From Syntrophorhabdaceae bacterium (GTDB taxonomy: Bacteria > Desulfobacterota > Syntrophorhabdia > Syntrophorhabdales > Syntrophorhabdaceae): a DNA stretch of 64,000 nt. A program made the position numbers and the translations under genes. Numbering within the stretch: the stretch's first letter is position 1; each line of letters opens with the position of its first letter. Below, one piece after another: positions 31,020 to 41,400 of the stretch. The notes under the pieces are model-generated. The model was given only the letters and a program-made list of their open reading frames with translations. It ran no database searches and was not told the origin of the DNA. The stretch covers positions 5,056,001-5,120,000 of the forward strand of contig OY762209.1 of the NCBI GenBank assembly GCA_963665295.1, read 5' to 3'.

Positions 31020-31859
31020 TCAGCCTCCTATGATCTCGGTGCCGACACCGGAATCAGTAAATATTTCAAGTAAAATAGCGTGGGGAACCCTTCCGTCGAC
31101 CACGTGGGTCTCTTTCACCCCGGCCCTCACCGCGTCAATGCAACACGTCACTTTTGGAATCATCCCGCCGGACACGGTCTTGTTTTCCACAAGCTTCATC
31201 ACTTCACTTTCCTTCAAGGTGGAGAAAAGCTTTCCTTCCCTGTCGAGCACGCCTTCCACATCAGTGAGGAGGATAAGCTTCTCCGCCGACATGGCCTTCG
31301 CGATACTCCCTGCGGCCGTATCGGCGTTGACATTGTAGGAATGCCCGTCCACGCCGTCCGCGATAGGGGCCACAACCGGGATATATCCGTGTCTGCTTAT
31401 ATCCTTCAGGATATCGACGTTCACGTTCACGACCTCGCCTACAAAGCCAATTTCCTTATTCTTTACCTGCTCGGCGACAAGAAGTCTTCCGTCTTTTCCC
31501 GAAAGACCTATGGCCTTCCCCCCCATGTCGTTGATGTTCTTCACGATCTCTTTGTTCACGTGGCCGGAGAGGACCATTTCCGCGATCTCCAGGGTCTTCT
31601 GGTCCGTAACCCTGAGGCCGTCGATAAAGGCGGAAGGTATCTTGAGTTCCTTTAAGAGCCTGCCTATTTCCGGACCACCTCCGTGGACGACGATGGGGTT
31701 TATCCCTACGTATTTGAGGAGGACCACGTCCTTGGCGAACTCTTTTTTCAGGCTCTCTTCCTCCATGGCCGCCCCGCCGTATTTGATTACGAAGGTGGCG
31801 CCTGCGAAGGCCTTTATATAAGGAAGGGCCTCAAGTAAGGTTTCAATTTTTTCTCTCAT
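31020..31859 (-). CDS. argB: Acetylglutamate kinase
   Basis: VIKYGG, VHGGGP, GLRVTD, NVNADT, GGMIPK. Confidence 0.98.
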   Translation of the reverse strand: MREKIETLLEALPYIKAFAGATFVIKYGGAAMEEESLKKEFAKDVVLLKYVGINPIVVHGGGPEIGRLLKELKIPSAFIDGLRVTDQKTLEIAEMVLSGHVNKEIVKNINDMGGKAIGLSGKDGRLLVAEQVKNKEIGFVGEVVNVNVDILKDISRHGYIPVVAPIADGVDGHSYNVNADTAAGSIAKAMSAEKLILLTDVEGVLDREGKLFSTLKESEVMKLVENKTVSGGMIPKVTCCIDAVRAGVKETHVVDGRVPHAILLEIFTDSGVGTEIIGG

Positions 31860-33187
31860 AATATGTACCTGCTCAGATCGTCTTTTTCGAGAAACTCTCC
31901 GAGTTTCTCCCTTACATACTCTTTTGTCACGGTAATCTTCTCTTCCTTTGTATCCGGCGCGGAAAAGGATATGTCTTCAAGGAGTTTCTCCATCACCGTG
32001 TAGAGCCTTCTGGCTCCTATGTTCTCGGTCATCTCATTGACCTTCTGGGCAATATCCGTAATCTCCCTGATGGCGCTCTCCTCGAACTCCAGGTCGATGC
32101 TCTCTGTTTTCAGGAGCGCTTTGTACTGCTTGAGGAGGGCATTATCAGGCTCGGTGATGATTCTGTAAAAATCATCCCTGGTCAGGGCATCGAGTTCAAC
32201 CCGGATCGGAAACCGCCCCTGCAGCTCCGGGATAAGGTCGGAAGGTTTCGACATATGAAAAGCACCCGCCGCGATAAAGAGCACGTGGTCCGTCTTCACC
32301 ATGCCGTACTTCGTGGTAACCGTCGTGCCCTCGACTATGGGCAGGATATCCCTCTGGACACCTTCCCGCGAAACATCGGGTCCATGGGTGTGGTCGCGGC
32401 TCGCGATCTTGTCAAGCTCGTCAAGGAATATGATGCCCGACTGCTCGACCCGTTCTATGGCGTCCTGAACCACCCTGTCCATGTCGATCAGCTTCTTCGC
32501 TTCATCCTGTATGAGCAGTTCGTATGCTTCCTTTACCTTGATCTTCCTCTTCTTCGTCTTCTTGGGCATCATGTTGCCGAACATGTCCCTTATCTGCATA
32601 TCCATCTCCTCGAGCCCTGAGGCGGAGAAGATCTCTATAATAGGGAGGGCCTTGTCCGGCACTTCTATTTCCACGGACTTCTCGTCGAATTTGCCCGCCC
32701 TGAGCTGGTTTCTTATCTTGAGTCTCGACAGCTCCGCCGGGTCTTCTTCACGGGCCGCGCGGCTGAGCTTCTTCTGGGGCAAAAGCAGGTCAAGGACCCG
32801 CTCCTCTGCCAACTCCCTGGCCTTCTGCAAAACTCTCTCGTGCTCTTCCTTTTTCACCATATTAATGGAAAGCTCGGTGAGGTCCCGTATCATGGACTCC
32901 ACGTCACGCCCCACGTATCCTACTTCCGTAAACTTGGTGGCCTCGATCTTGAGAAAGGGTGCGCTCGCGAGTTTCGCAAGACGCCGGGCAATCTCCGTCT
33001 TCCCGACCCCGGTAGGCCCTATCATGATGATATTCTTCGGGGCTACCTCATCCCTCAGTTCCTTGGGTATCATCTGCCGTCTCCACCGGTTTCTCAAGGC
33101 TATGGAGACCGCCTTCTTCGCCTTGTTCTGCCCTATGATAAACCGGTCCAGCTCCTCCATGATCTCTTTAGGCGTCAGTATCTTCAT
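31856..33187 (-). CDS. hslU: ATP-dependent protease ATPase subunit HslU
   Basis: [28 protein letters not shown]-terminal DLSRYIL. Confidence 0.99.
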   Translation of the reverse strand: MKILTPKEIMEELDRFIIGQNKAKKAVSIALRNRWRRQMIPKELRDEVAPKNIIMIGPTGVGKTEIARRLAKLASAPFLKIEATKFTEVGYVGRDVESMIRDLTELSINMVKKEEHERVLQKARELAEERVLDLLLPQKKLSRAAREEDPAELSRLKIRNQLRAGKFDEKSVEIEVPDKALPIIEIFSASGLEEMDMQIRDMFGNMMPKKTKKRKIKVKEAYELLIQDEAKKLIDMDRVVQDAIERVEQSGIIFLDELDKIASRDHTHGPDVSREGVQRDILPIVEGTTVTTKYGMVKTDHVLFIAAGAFHMSKPSDLIPELQGRFPIRVELDALTRDDFYRIITEPDNALLKQYKALLKTESIDLEFEESAIREITDIAQKVNEMTENIGARRLYTVMEKLLEDISFSAPDTKEEKITVTKEYVREKLGEFLEKDDLSRYIL

Positions 33188-33711
33188 TACAACTCCTCTA
33201 TTACGATATTATCATTGGTGTAGATGCAGATCCCGGACGCAATGTGCATCGATTCCTCCACGATCTCCCTGGCCGACAGGTTCGCGTGCTTCACGAGCGC
33301 CCTTGCCGCCGACTGGGCATAGGCGCCGCCGGACCCGATGGCGGCCACGCCGTCATCCGGCTCGATCACGTCACCTGTCCCGGAGAGCATGAGAGTATGT
33401 TCCTCATCCGCCACTATAAGCAGGGCCTCGAGCCTCCGGAGCATCCTGTCCGTTCTCCAGTCCTTTGCAAGCTCCACGGCGGCCCTGGAGATATTCCCGT
33501 TATACTGCTCCAGTTTCTTTTCGAACCTCTCGAAAAGGGTAAAGGCATCCGCGGTGGCCCCTGCGAAACCGGCGAGACATTTTTCGTGATAGAGTTTCCG
33601 TACTTTCTTTGCCGTATGTTTCATGACAATATCACCCATCGTGACCTGTCCGTCGCCTCCAATGGCAACTTTCCCCTCGTGTCTTACACATATGACTGTC
33701 GTCGCTTCCAT
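33187..33711 (-). CDS. hslV: ATP-dependent protease subunit HslV
   Basis: N-terminal TT nucleophile, [19 protein letters not shown]. Confidence 0.99.
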   Translation of the reverse strand: MEATTVICVRHEGKVAIGGDGQVTMGDIVMKHTAKKVRKLYHEKCLAGFAGATADAFTLFERFEKKLEQYNGNISRAAVELAKDWRTDRMLRRLEALLIVADEEHTLMLSGTGDVIEPDDGVAAIGSGGAYAQSAARALVKHANLSAREIVEESMHIASGICIYTNDNIVIEEL

Positions 33712-33713
33712 TT

Positions 33714-34601
33714 TTACCTTCTTGGGTGAGATTTGTCGTATATCTCCATCAGCTTTTCCATGGAGACATGGGTGTATTTCTGGGTGGTAGATAATTTTGA
33801 ATGCCCGAGCAGTTCCTGAATACTCCGGAGGTCCGCGCCGCTGTCGAGCATATGCGTCGCAAAAGAATGACGCACGCCGTGGAGGGCGAGGTTCTTGAAC
33901 AGGTGAGCATGCAGTTGATGCTTCTTCATAATTTTCAGAAGACCCCCGTAAGAGAGCCGGTATCCCCTCGCGTTCACGAACAGGGGACCTCTGACCGCAC
34001 TTTTCCGGGCCTCCTTCAAGGCCGTCCGGTACTCCTCAACGGCAAGTTTCGCCTTGTCTCCGAAAGGGATTATCCTTTCCTTGCCGCCCTTGCCTTTTGC
34101 CTTCACCCACATTCCATCCATGTGTACGTCTTCCACATCCATATTAAGCGTTTCCTGAGCTCGCATGCCCGTCGAATACATGAGCTCGAAAATGGCCCGG
34201 TTCCTTAAATTAAGCCATCCGTCCTTCGGCAGAAAATCAAGGAAATGGAACATCTCGTCTATGGTGTAGAACTTGGGAAGATGCTTCTCTATCCTCGGGT
34301 TCTTGATCACCAGCGCCGTGTTTTCCTCAATATATCCCTTCTTCTTCATAAATCTGAAGAAGACCTTTATGGACGAAACCTTCCTCGACAGGGAAGACTT
34401 CTTGAGTCCTTTGTAAATACTTACGATGTACGCCCTTATTGCGCGATGGTCCACTACATCGTAAGAACTCTTCTCTATAAAGGCGACAAAGTCGTCGATA
34501 TCCCCCTTGTACGCCCTCTCCGTATTAAAGGCCACGCCTTTTTCACTCTTCAGATACTTGTAAAACTCCCTGGACAACACCCTCATCGTATGTTTATCCA
34601 T
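33714..34601 (-). CDS. xerC: Tyrosine recombinase XerC
   Basis: R (TGMR), [28 protein letters not shown]; conserved xerC-hslVU synteny. Confidence 0.9.
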   Translation of the reverse strand: MDKHTMRVLSREFYKYLKSEKGVAFNTERAYKGDIDDFVAFIEKSSYDVVDHRAIRAYIVSIYKGLKKSSLSRKVSSIKVFFRFMKKKGYIEENTALVIKNPRIEKHLPKFYTIDEMFHFLDFLPKDGWLNLRNRAIFELMYSTGMRAQETLNMDVEDVHMDGMWVKAKGKGGKERIIPFGDKAKLAVEEYRTALKEARKSAVRGPLFVNARGYRLSYGGLLKIMKKHQLHAHLFKNLALHGVRHSFATHMLDSGADLRSIQELLGHSKLSTTQKYTHVSMEKLMEIYDKSHPRR

Positions 34602-34910
34602 AAGAGTATTATTTTATTACATTTCAGCAAATAATCAAGTAAATTCCCGGGACAAAACCGAAGCCGTCCAGAGGACGGGGTCCCCCGTTACACAGGAAAG
34701 GCCCCTTCCTCCTCCCCATTTAAGTGTTCGCGACAATAGGCGACAACCACCATATGCAGGAAAATACTGTGCAAGACCACCCCGGCTTAACAGTCCTCTT
34801 CCCACTCCGGATGCACGGCTCGAAAGAGACGGTCACCGCTATAAGAGCAGAGAGAACAGGGGTCCGATGGTCGGACCACGGACATTGACGAAGTAAAGGA
34901 GGAAATCATC

Positions 34911-37346
34911 ATGCCCCAAAAGAATTTTCCACCAGATCCGCTAAACCAGGTCCGTAAGAAAGGCTCCATCATGCGAAAAGCGGTGACGCCGCTCATCCTG
35001 TTCATATTGTTCATTGCAGCCCTGCCCTTCCAGGGATATCCGGCACAGCCCACCTATCCGATCTCGACGCCCGTTCAGACTACACGGGAGCGCACGGTGA
35101 GCCCTGATCCGATACCCGACGCACCCCAGATTGCCATAGGGGAGGTGGACCAGTACCAGGCGTACGGATACAGTAGTTGGAGCGTCGGGGCCGGTGTCGA
35201 TTACGGGATACTTTCGCCGGAAGGACCCTATGTGGACTCCTACAACGCGGTGGAGACCCTTCTCACGTATTTCACCATGAGCGATATCCATATCACCGAC
35301 AAAGAATCCACTGCCCAGGCCCTCTATATGTCATACGGGCTCGGAACGTGGGGAAACTCCAACACCTCGGCATACTCTCCGATTATCCTGTCCACCACGC
35401 ACGTGCACGACGCGGCGGTGCAGACGATCAACGCCCTCCACAAGGAGGCGCCCTTTGATTTCGGCCTCTCCCTGGGCGACGAGACGAACAGCACCCAGTA
35501 TAATGAGGTCAGGTGGTTTATCGACGTCATGGACGGAAAAAAGATCACCCCAAGTTCGGGGGCGCACAAGGGAGCGGGCTCCATCGATTACCAGAAGCCC
35601 TACCAGTCGGCCGGGCTCGACAAGTCGATTCCCTGGTATGTGGTCATCGGCAACCATGACCAGTTCTGGTGCGGCTCCCTCTACCCCAACGACTATGTCC
35701 GGAGAGTCATGGTCGGCAATACGGTCCTCGATATGGGCAACGACGCAACAGGGGCGCTCTCGCTGGAAACTCGCGGTAACTACATGGGTGTGGTTGACGG
35801 GACGACACCGTACGGAACCGTCATAGACTATGGACCCGCTTTCAGCGCCATGCCCACGCCCATCGTGGCCGCCGACTCGAACCGCCGGAGCCTCAGCACC
35901 TCGACATCCACAACCTTGAACTGGATGAAAGAGTTTTTCAAGACCACGTCGCAACCGAAGGGCCACGGGTTCACCCAGGTAAACCTCGATAATGACTTCG
36001 CGTCCTACACCTTTGAGCCCAAATCAAGCGTGCCGGTGAAGGTCATTGTCCTCGACGACACCTGCAAGGAGAATCCTCTCAGCAGCCTGAGCCATTCATA
36101 CGCAAGAGGCTGCCTGGACCAGCAACGGTACGACTGGCTCGTCAGTGAGCTTAACCGGGGTCAGGCCGAGGGTAAGCTCATGATTGTGGCCGCCCACGTC
36201 CCGGTGGGACCTCAGCTCAATGTCCCCGACTACCCGGTGCCTCCGGGCTATCCCGCAAACTCGACGCCCGTGGCCGTCTTCCTCTCCACCTGCAACGCCC
36301 CCGGCTCAACTGTCGGCGTGCCTTGTAATAAGAGCATCGGGATCGCCAACAATAGCCCCGTTCTCCCTTACTCGGTCGTCACCGACGAGTCGCTCCTTAC
36401 AACGCTCCACAATTACTCGAACCTGATTCTGTGGCTCTCGGGGCACCGCCACCTCAATACCGTCAGCCCCAAGCCCGCGCCGAACGCGGAGACTCCCGAA
36501 TTCGGTTTCTGGGAGGTGGAGACCGCATCCCTCCGGGACCACCCCCAGACCTTCCGCACCTTTAAGATCGTCCGGAACGACAACAATACGGTCTCCATAT
36601 TCGTCACCAACGTGGACCCCTCCGTTGCCGGCACAGGCTCTCCCGCGGATAAATCCCGCGGCTATGCGATCGGCGCACAAAGGATCTCCATGGGCACCAC
36701 CTACGGGGGCCTCACCGATACCTACCCTCACGTCTATAACGCGGAGCTTATCAAACAGCTGGCCGCCCCCTATACCATCACGGTCAACGTGACCGGGCCG
36801 GGCTCCGTGCAGATGGGCCCCTATCAGGCCGCCACATGCTCCTCAAGCAGCCCTTGCTCAGCGTCCTATCTTCCGGGCACGGCGGTAAATCTCGCCGCCA
36901 CTCCCGCCTCCGGGGCCGTCTTTGCCGGGTGGTCAACCTGCGCGGGGACATCAACATGCAACGTTACCATGACCGACAATCTCACAGTAACCGCAGCCTT
37001 CACTCAGGCCCCCACCGCAATCACGACTCCGGCCTACAAGAACCTCGGGGCGGTAAAGAGGGGCAAAAAAGCGACCGCTACTTTCACGGTGAGAAATGCC
37101 ACGACCAAAGGCGTCGCCGATCTCACTCTCGGAACCGCTTCAATTACCGGAGCGGACGCGGGGCAGTTTCAACTTGTAGCGGGCAAAGACCGCTGCTCCG
37201 GCCAGACCATCAAACCGGGCAAGAGCTGCACCTTCCAGGTTTCTTTCGCACCCACTGCGACAAACACAAGGATGGGAACGGTTACCGTACCCTCCAACGA
37301 CTCCGGTTCACCGGCGACCGCACAGGTCGCGGGTACAGGAAAATAG
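34911..37346 (+). CDS. Secreted metallophosphoesterase (TIGR03768/RPA4764-like) with InlB-B-like repeat and C-terminal ASH/choice-of-anchor-D Ig domain, paralog 1
   Basis: SDIHITDKES, LGD, GNHD, AHVP, GHRH motifs; hydrophobic signal; C-terminal CSGQTIKPGKSCTFQVSFAP. Confidence 0.85.
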   Translation: MPQKNFPPDPLNQVRKKGSIMRKAVTPLILFILFIAALPFQGYPAQPTYPISTPVQTTRERTVSPDPIPDAPQIAIGEVDQYQAYGYSSWSVGAGVDYGILSPEGPYVDSYNAVETLLTYFTMSDIHITDKESTAQALYMSYGLGTWGNSNTSAYSPIILSTTHVHDAAVQTINALHKEAPFDFGLSLGDETNSTQYNEVRWFIDVMDGKKITPSSGAHKGAGSIDYQKPYQSAGLDKSIPWYVVIGNHDQFWCGSLYPNDYVRRVMVGNTVLDMGNDATGALSLETRGNYMGVVDGTTPYGTVIDYGPAFSAMPTPIVAADSNRRSLSTSTSTTLNWMKEFFKTTSQPKGHGFTQVNLDNDFASYTFEPKSSVPVKVIVLDDTCKENPLSSLSHSYARGCLDQQRYDWLVSELNRGQAEGKLMIVAAHVPVGPQLNVPDYPVPPGYPANSTPVAVFLSTCNAPGSTVGVPCNKSIGIANNSPVLPYSVVTDESLLTTLHNYSNLILWLSGHRHLNTVSPKPAPNAETPEFGFWEVETASLRDHPQTFRTFKIVRNDNNTVSIFVTNVDPSVAGTGSPADKSRGYAIGAQRISMGTTYGGLTDTYPHVYNAELIKQLAAPYTITVNVTGPGSVQMGPYQAATCSSSSPCSASYLPGTAVNLAATPASGAVFAGWSTCAGTSTCNVTMTDNLTVTAAFTQAPTAITTPAYKNLGAVKRGKKATATFTVRNATTKGVADLTLGTASITGADAGQFQLVAGKDRCSGQTIKPGKSCTFQVSFAPTATNTRMGTVTVPSNDSGSPATAQVAGTGK

Positions 37347-37379
37347 CGCGATACCCGACACCTGAATTCAACCAAGCAT

Positions 37380-37410
37380 ACGCATCCCCGGCGCAAAGCC
37401 GGGGATGCGT
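37380..37410 (+). terminator. Stem-loop downstream of phosphoesterase 1
   Basis: ACGCATCCCCGGC-GCAAA-GCCGGGGATGCGT perfect 13-bp stem; weak U-tail. Confidence 0.6.
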
Positions 37411-37585
37411 CCTATATGCTGATAAAGATGCCCGGCAATTCCACACTTTCTCTTGTAATCCTATCCGGGTGGGCCTATGATACTGTAAGATGCTTCCGTG
37501 GACTTATGCGCAGGCAGGTCTGACCGTTCGCCGCCCGCCCGCACAGGGAGGAATGCGACCGACCACAACAATGAGGAGGTGCACG

Positions 37586-37702
37586 ATGGGAGACAAGGGT
37601 GGGAAAAAAGGCAGGGACAAGGACCAGAAACAGAAGGCAGCGAAGCAGGAGCAAGCCCTGAAGGAAAAGAAGGACAAGGAAGTGAAACGGACGGCCAAAT
37701 AA
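37586..37702 (+). CDS. 38-aa lysine-rich small protein
   Basis: MGDKGGKKGRDKDQKQKAAKQEQALKEKKDKEVKRTAK with ideal SD GAGGAGGT upstream. Confidence 0.65.
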   Translation: MGDKGGKKGRDKDQKQKAAKQEQALKEKKDKEVKRTAK

Positions 37703-37869
37703 GGGAAACGAACGACCCCTCGGCACGGCACGGAGTATCGAAGGCGAGCATAACACCCTTAAGACCATTTCGAGCCGAGCTTCGGGGTATGGACCCGCGG
37801 GACGATGAGGGTATTTCGGGCCGGACGTCTTTCGACCCGGCCCGCCTTTATCTGTCTCCCGGCTTTTGA

Positions 37870-38361
37870 CTATTTGTTCATCATCCTTTTGTGGCTGCTC
37901 ATCTTCATGAACATCACGGACCTCATCTTCTTGAACTGTTCCTCCGTCAGAATAGACCGCATCTGTTTCATGGCCCTCAGCATTTCCAGGTGTTGGGCTG
38001 TCCGCATATCTCCAAGTTTCTTGACCGCAGCGCTCGCCTTATCCAGGTCAAAGTCCTTCACATCCATGATTTCCATCAGATCGATCCGCGCGATCTTCTG
38101 ATCGGCTTTGAACCTGGCTTGTTTCTTCATCATTTCCCTGTGCAAGGACTTCATCTTCGTGATCTGATCATCGGTAAGACCCATACCGACCGCATTCTCC
38201 ACGCATATCCCCATCATAGAGCCCATCATATCCATATCGTGCATACCCGTCATTTGTCCATGTTCCCCCCTGCGGTCGTTCATGGACATGCCCGTCATCT
38301 GTGAGAAAGCGGGCGCTACCAGCAAAACCGTCATCAACAATGCAAATACCAGCTTCTTCAT
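37870..38361 (-). CDS. Periplasmic Spy/CpxP/ZraP-like Met-rich protein
   Basis: Signal peptide, Met/His-rich N-region, GLTDDQ and ILTEEQ (LTxxQ) motifs. Confidence 0.85.
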   Translation of the reverse strand: MKKLVFALLMTVLLVAPAFSQMTGMSMNDRRGEHGQMTGMHDMDMMGSMMGICVENAVGMGLTDDQITKMKSLHREMMKKQARFKADQKIARIDLMEIMDVKDFDLDKASAAVKKLGDMRTAQHLEMLRAMKQMRSILTEEQFKKMRSVMFMKMSSHKRMMNK

Positions 38362-38827
38362 AATTTCCTCCTGTTTATGTGAGAAATGGAAACGTCATTA
38401 ATCCTTTTGATACCTTTGGTCCGACCCGCCGCGGGTCTTATCGCGCCCGACCGCCGGCTCCGCCCTGCAAGGCAGCGGTTCTTGCGTGCCTCCATTTCTG
38501 AACCGCGGGCATCTCCCTGAGAATCTGCACGCACGGGTTACCCCGCCGGCTATTCGGCCTTACCAGGAAGATAAGGATTGAGAAATCGGTTTGCAAGGAC
38601 CGGAGGCAGACGACGTACAGGAATACACGGGCGATCAAAGGGCGTTCCCGTGCTCCCCCCTTCGTTATTGTCTGCATACGAGATGGACCGTCACAAAGAT
38701 GACAGCCCTTCCAACAAGTGATTTCACTTTAAACCCGGTGCAGTGTATAATTTCATATTGTGAACCCGTGGCAGGTTCTTTGCAGAAAATGGATTTCAGA
38801 CATTACAGAGACAAGGGAGGAAAGTCT

Positions 38828-41248
38828 GTGATACACAAAAATGTTACCGAAAACCGGAACAGCCTGCTTTCTCAAAAAAGCTGCATAATCCGAAACGTGA
38901 CCGCACTGTCATTCCTGGTCTTCCTGTTTATTATGACCCTGCCGTTCCACGGATACCCGGCAGGACCCACGTACCCCATCTCCACTGATGTCCAGACCAC
39001 AAGGCAGAGGACAGTACGTCCCTCCCCTATACCCGAAGCGCCGGAGATCCCGATATGGCAGGTCGAGAATTATGCCGGATACGGGTACAGTAACTGGACA
39101 TTCGGAGACCCTGTCGACTACGGCAGACTCTTGCCGGACGGCTCCGAACCTGATGTATCCAACCCGGTCGAAACGCTACTAAATTACTTTTCCATAAGCG
39201 ATACTCACATCACCGACAAGGAATCGCCGGCCCAATCGCTCTACTTCGGGGTGCAGGGAGGTTTTGGAAGCGCCAACCTGCCGATGTACTCACCCGTTAT
39301 GCTGTCCACCACCCACGTTCTTGACGCGGTGGTCCAGACCATCAACGCCCTCAACACGGGGACGCACTTCGATTTCGGCATAGGGCTTGGCGATCCGGCG
39401 AACAGCAACCTGTACAACGGGCTCAGGTGGCATATCGACATTCTCGACGGAAAGTGGATCACTCCGAGCTCGGGTGCGCACAAAGGAGCGAAGACTATCG
39501 ACTACCAGAAACCCTACCAATCGGCGGGGCTCGACAAGTCGATTTCATGGTACCAGGTCATCGGCAACCATGACCAGTATTGGTCCGGCGCCTTCTATCC
39601 CAACGATTACCTTCGAAGCACCCTCGTGGGAAACACCGTTCTCAACATGGGCCTCGTGGGAGGGAACCCTTCCCTTGAGGCGCGCGGCATCTATATGGGC
39701 GTAATTGACGGGACTACCCCCTACGGGACCGTCGAGGACGACGGCGCAGCCTCGACCATGGAGCCGCCGAAGGTAGCCGCCGACAGTCGCCGCCGCGCAC
39801 TCACGACCCCCACGTCGTCGTCCCTGAACTGGATGAAGGAGTTTTTCAACACCACTTCGAAACCGAAGGGCCACGGGTTCACCCAGGCCAATCTCGATCA
39901 GGACTTTGTCTCCTACACCTTCGAGCCCAAATCGAGCGTGCCGGTAAAGGTCATAGTCCTCGACGACACGTGCAAGGAAAACCCGTACTACGGTTCGTAT
40001 TCCCACGGCTGCCTGGATCAGACACGGTATGACTGGCTTGTCAACGAACTTGACCAGGGTCAGGCCGAGGGCAAGCTCATGATCGTCGCCGCCCATGTCC
40101 CGGTAGGACCTCAGACAAATGTCCCCGACGCCCCGATTCCGCCGAACCCGCAGGCCCCCGCCGTTCCCAACGATACGGTCATCCCCATGTTCTTCTCCAC
40201 GTGCAACACTAACCCGACTTCCATAGGGGTCACTTGTGCCGCCGGTGTCGATATATCAAACAATGACCCGGTCTTCCCTTATACCGTCGTCACCGACTGG
40301 ACGCTCCTTCAGACTCTTCATAACTACTCGAACCTCATCCTCTGGATGGCGGGGCACCGTCACATGAATACCGTCACCCCGCAACCCGCACCCGTAGACA
40401 AGGGCCCGGAGTTCGGCTTCTGGGAGGTGGAAACCCCATCGACCAGGGACTTCCCTCAGGGGTTTCGCACATTTCAGATCGTTCGTAACGACAACAATAC
40501 GGTTTCCATATTCGTCACCAACGTGGACCCCGCGGTCCAGAACGGTTCTCCCGCGGACAAGTCCCGTGGGTATGCGATCGGCGCATACAGGATAGCAACC
40601 GGCACGCCCGGTCTCACTGATACCACCTCTCATGTATATAACGCGGAGCTTATCAAGCCCCTTGCCGATCCTTATACCATTACGGTCAACGTGACCGGGC
40701 CCGGTACGGTAGACATGGGCCCCTACCAGGCTGCCACATGCTCCGTGAGCAGCCCTTGTTCGGCGGATTATCTCCCGGGCACGCAGGTGGTCCTTGCCCC
40801 CATTCCCTCCACCGGGGCTGCCTTTACCGGGTGGTCGGTCTGTCCGGGGACATCAACGTGCAACATCATCATGACCGGTGATACCACGGTGACGGCAAGA
40901 TTCATCCAGTCTCCGACCGCGACCGCCGCCCCGACCTACAAAAACTTCCCTGTTACAAAGACCGGGAAGAAGGCCGTCTCCACCTTTACGGTCAGCAATA
41001 CCCGGGCGAAAGGCATCGTTGATCTTGCAATCGGTACCATTTCGATAGGCGGGCTAAACGCAGACCAGTTCCAGGTCGTGGAAGGCAAGGACCGTTGTTC
41101 CGGACAGATTGTCAAGCCGGGCAAGAACTGCACCTTTCAGGTTTCTTTCAATCCCACTTTGACGAATACCCGGGTGGCAACGGTTACGATACCCTCGAAC
41201 GACTCCGCTTCACCTACGACCATACCGATCACCGGAGCGGGAAAATAG
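38828..41248 (+). CDS. Secreted metallophosphoesterase (TIGR03768-like), paralog 2
   Basis: Collinear and highly similar to 34911-37346 (SDTHITDKES, GNHD, GHRH); GTG start behind SD GGGAGG. Confidence 0.85.
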   Translation: MIHKNVTENRNSLLSQKSCIIRNVTALSFLVFLFIMTLPFHGYPAGPTYPISTDVQTTRQRTVRPSPIPEAPEIPIWQVENYAGYGYSNWTFGDPVDYGRLLPDGSEPDVSNPVETLLNYFSISDTHITDKESPAQSLYFGVQGGFGSANLPMYSPVMLSTTHVLDAVVQTINALNTGTHFDFGIGLGDPANSNLYNGLRWHIDILDGKWITPSSGAHKGAKTIDYQKPYQSAGLDKSISWYQVIGNHDQYWSGAFYPNDYLRSTLVGNTVLNMGLVGGNPSLEARGIYMGVIDGTTPYGTVEDDGAASTMEPPKVAADSRRRALTTPTSSSLNWMKEFFNTTSKPKGHGFTQANLDQDFVSYTFEPKSSVPVKVIVLDDTCKENPYYGSYSHGCLDQTRYDWLVNELDQGQAEGKLMIVAAHVPVGPQTNVPDAPIPPNPQAPAVPNDTVIPMFFSTCNTNPTSIGVTCAAGVDISNNDPVFPYTVVTDWTLLQTLHNYSNLILWMAGHRHMNTVTPQPAPVDKGPEFGFWEVETPSTRDFPQGFRTFQIVRNDNNTVSIFVTNVDPAVQNGSPADKSRGYAIGAYRIATGTPGLTDTTSHVYNAELIKPLADPYTITVNVTGPGTVDMGPYQAATCSVSSPCSADYLPGTQVVLAPIPSTGAAFTGWSVCPGTSTCNIIMTGDTTVTARFIQSPTATAAPTYKNFPVTKTGKKAVSTFTVSNTRAKGIVDLAIGTISIGGLNADQFQVVEGKDRCSGQIVKPGKNCTFQVSFNPTLTNTRVATVTIPSNDSASPTTIPITGAGK
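40987..41084 (+). repeat. 98-bp direct repeat, copy 1 (inside phosphoesterase 2 C-terminal domain)
   Basis: Matches 46295-46392 without gaps, about 10 mismatches by manual count. Confidence 0.9.
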
Positions 41249-41274
41249 CCGATTCCCGGTACAAACATGGTCAA

Positions 41275-41321
41275 ATCCCTGGTGGGTCCCCCGGCGCGGA
41301 AACCGGGGACTCACCAGGGAT
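41275..41321. terminator. Hairpin between convergent phosphoesterase 2 and RiPP operon
   Basis: ATCCCTGGTGGGTCCCC...GGGGACTCACCAGGGAT long stem. Confidence 0.65.
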
Positions 41322-41400
41322 ATCGAGTGTCCACCCGCCCGGCCTTTCCTCAGGGAATTCCCGGATTCATTTGTGGGGAGTGTCGGCCATTTTCACCTGT

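Noticed and set aside
33714..34601. Tyrosine recombinase as prophage or island integrase
   Set aside because: Size, motifs and linkage to hslVU indicate housekeeping XerC; no att site or phage genes seen.
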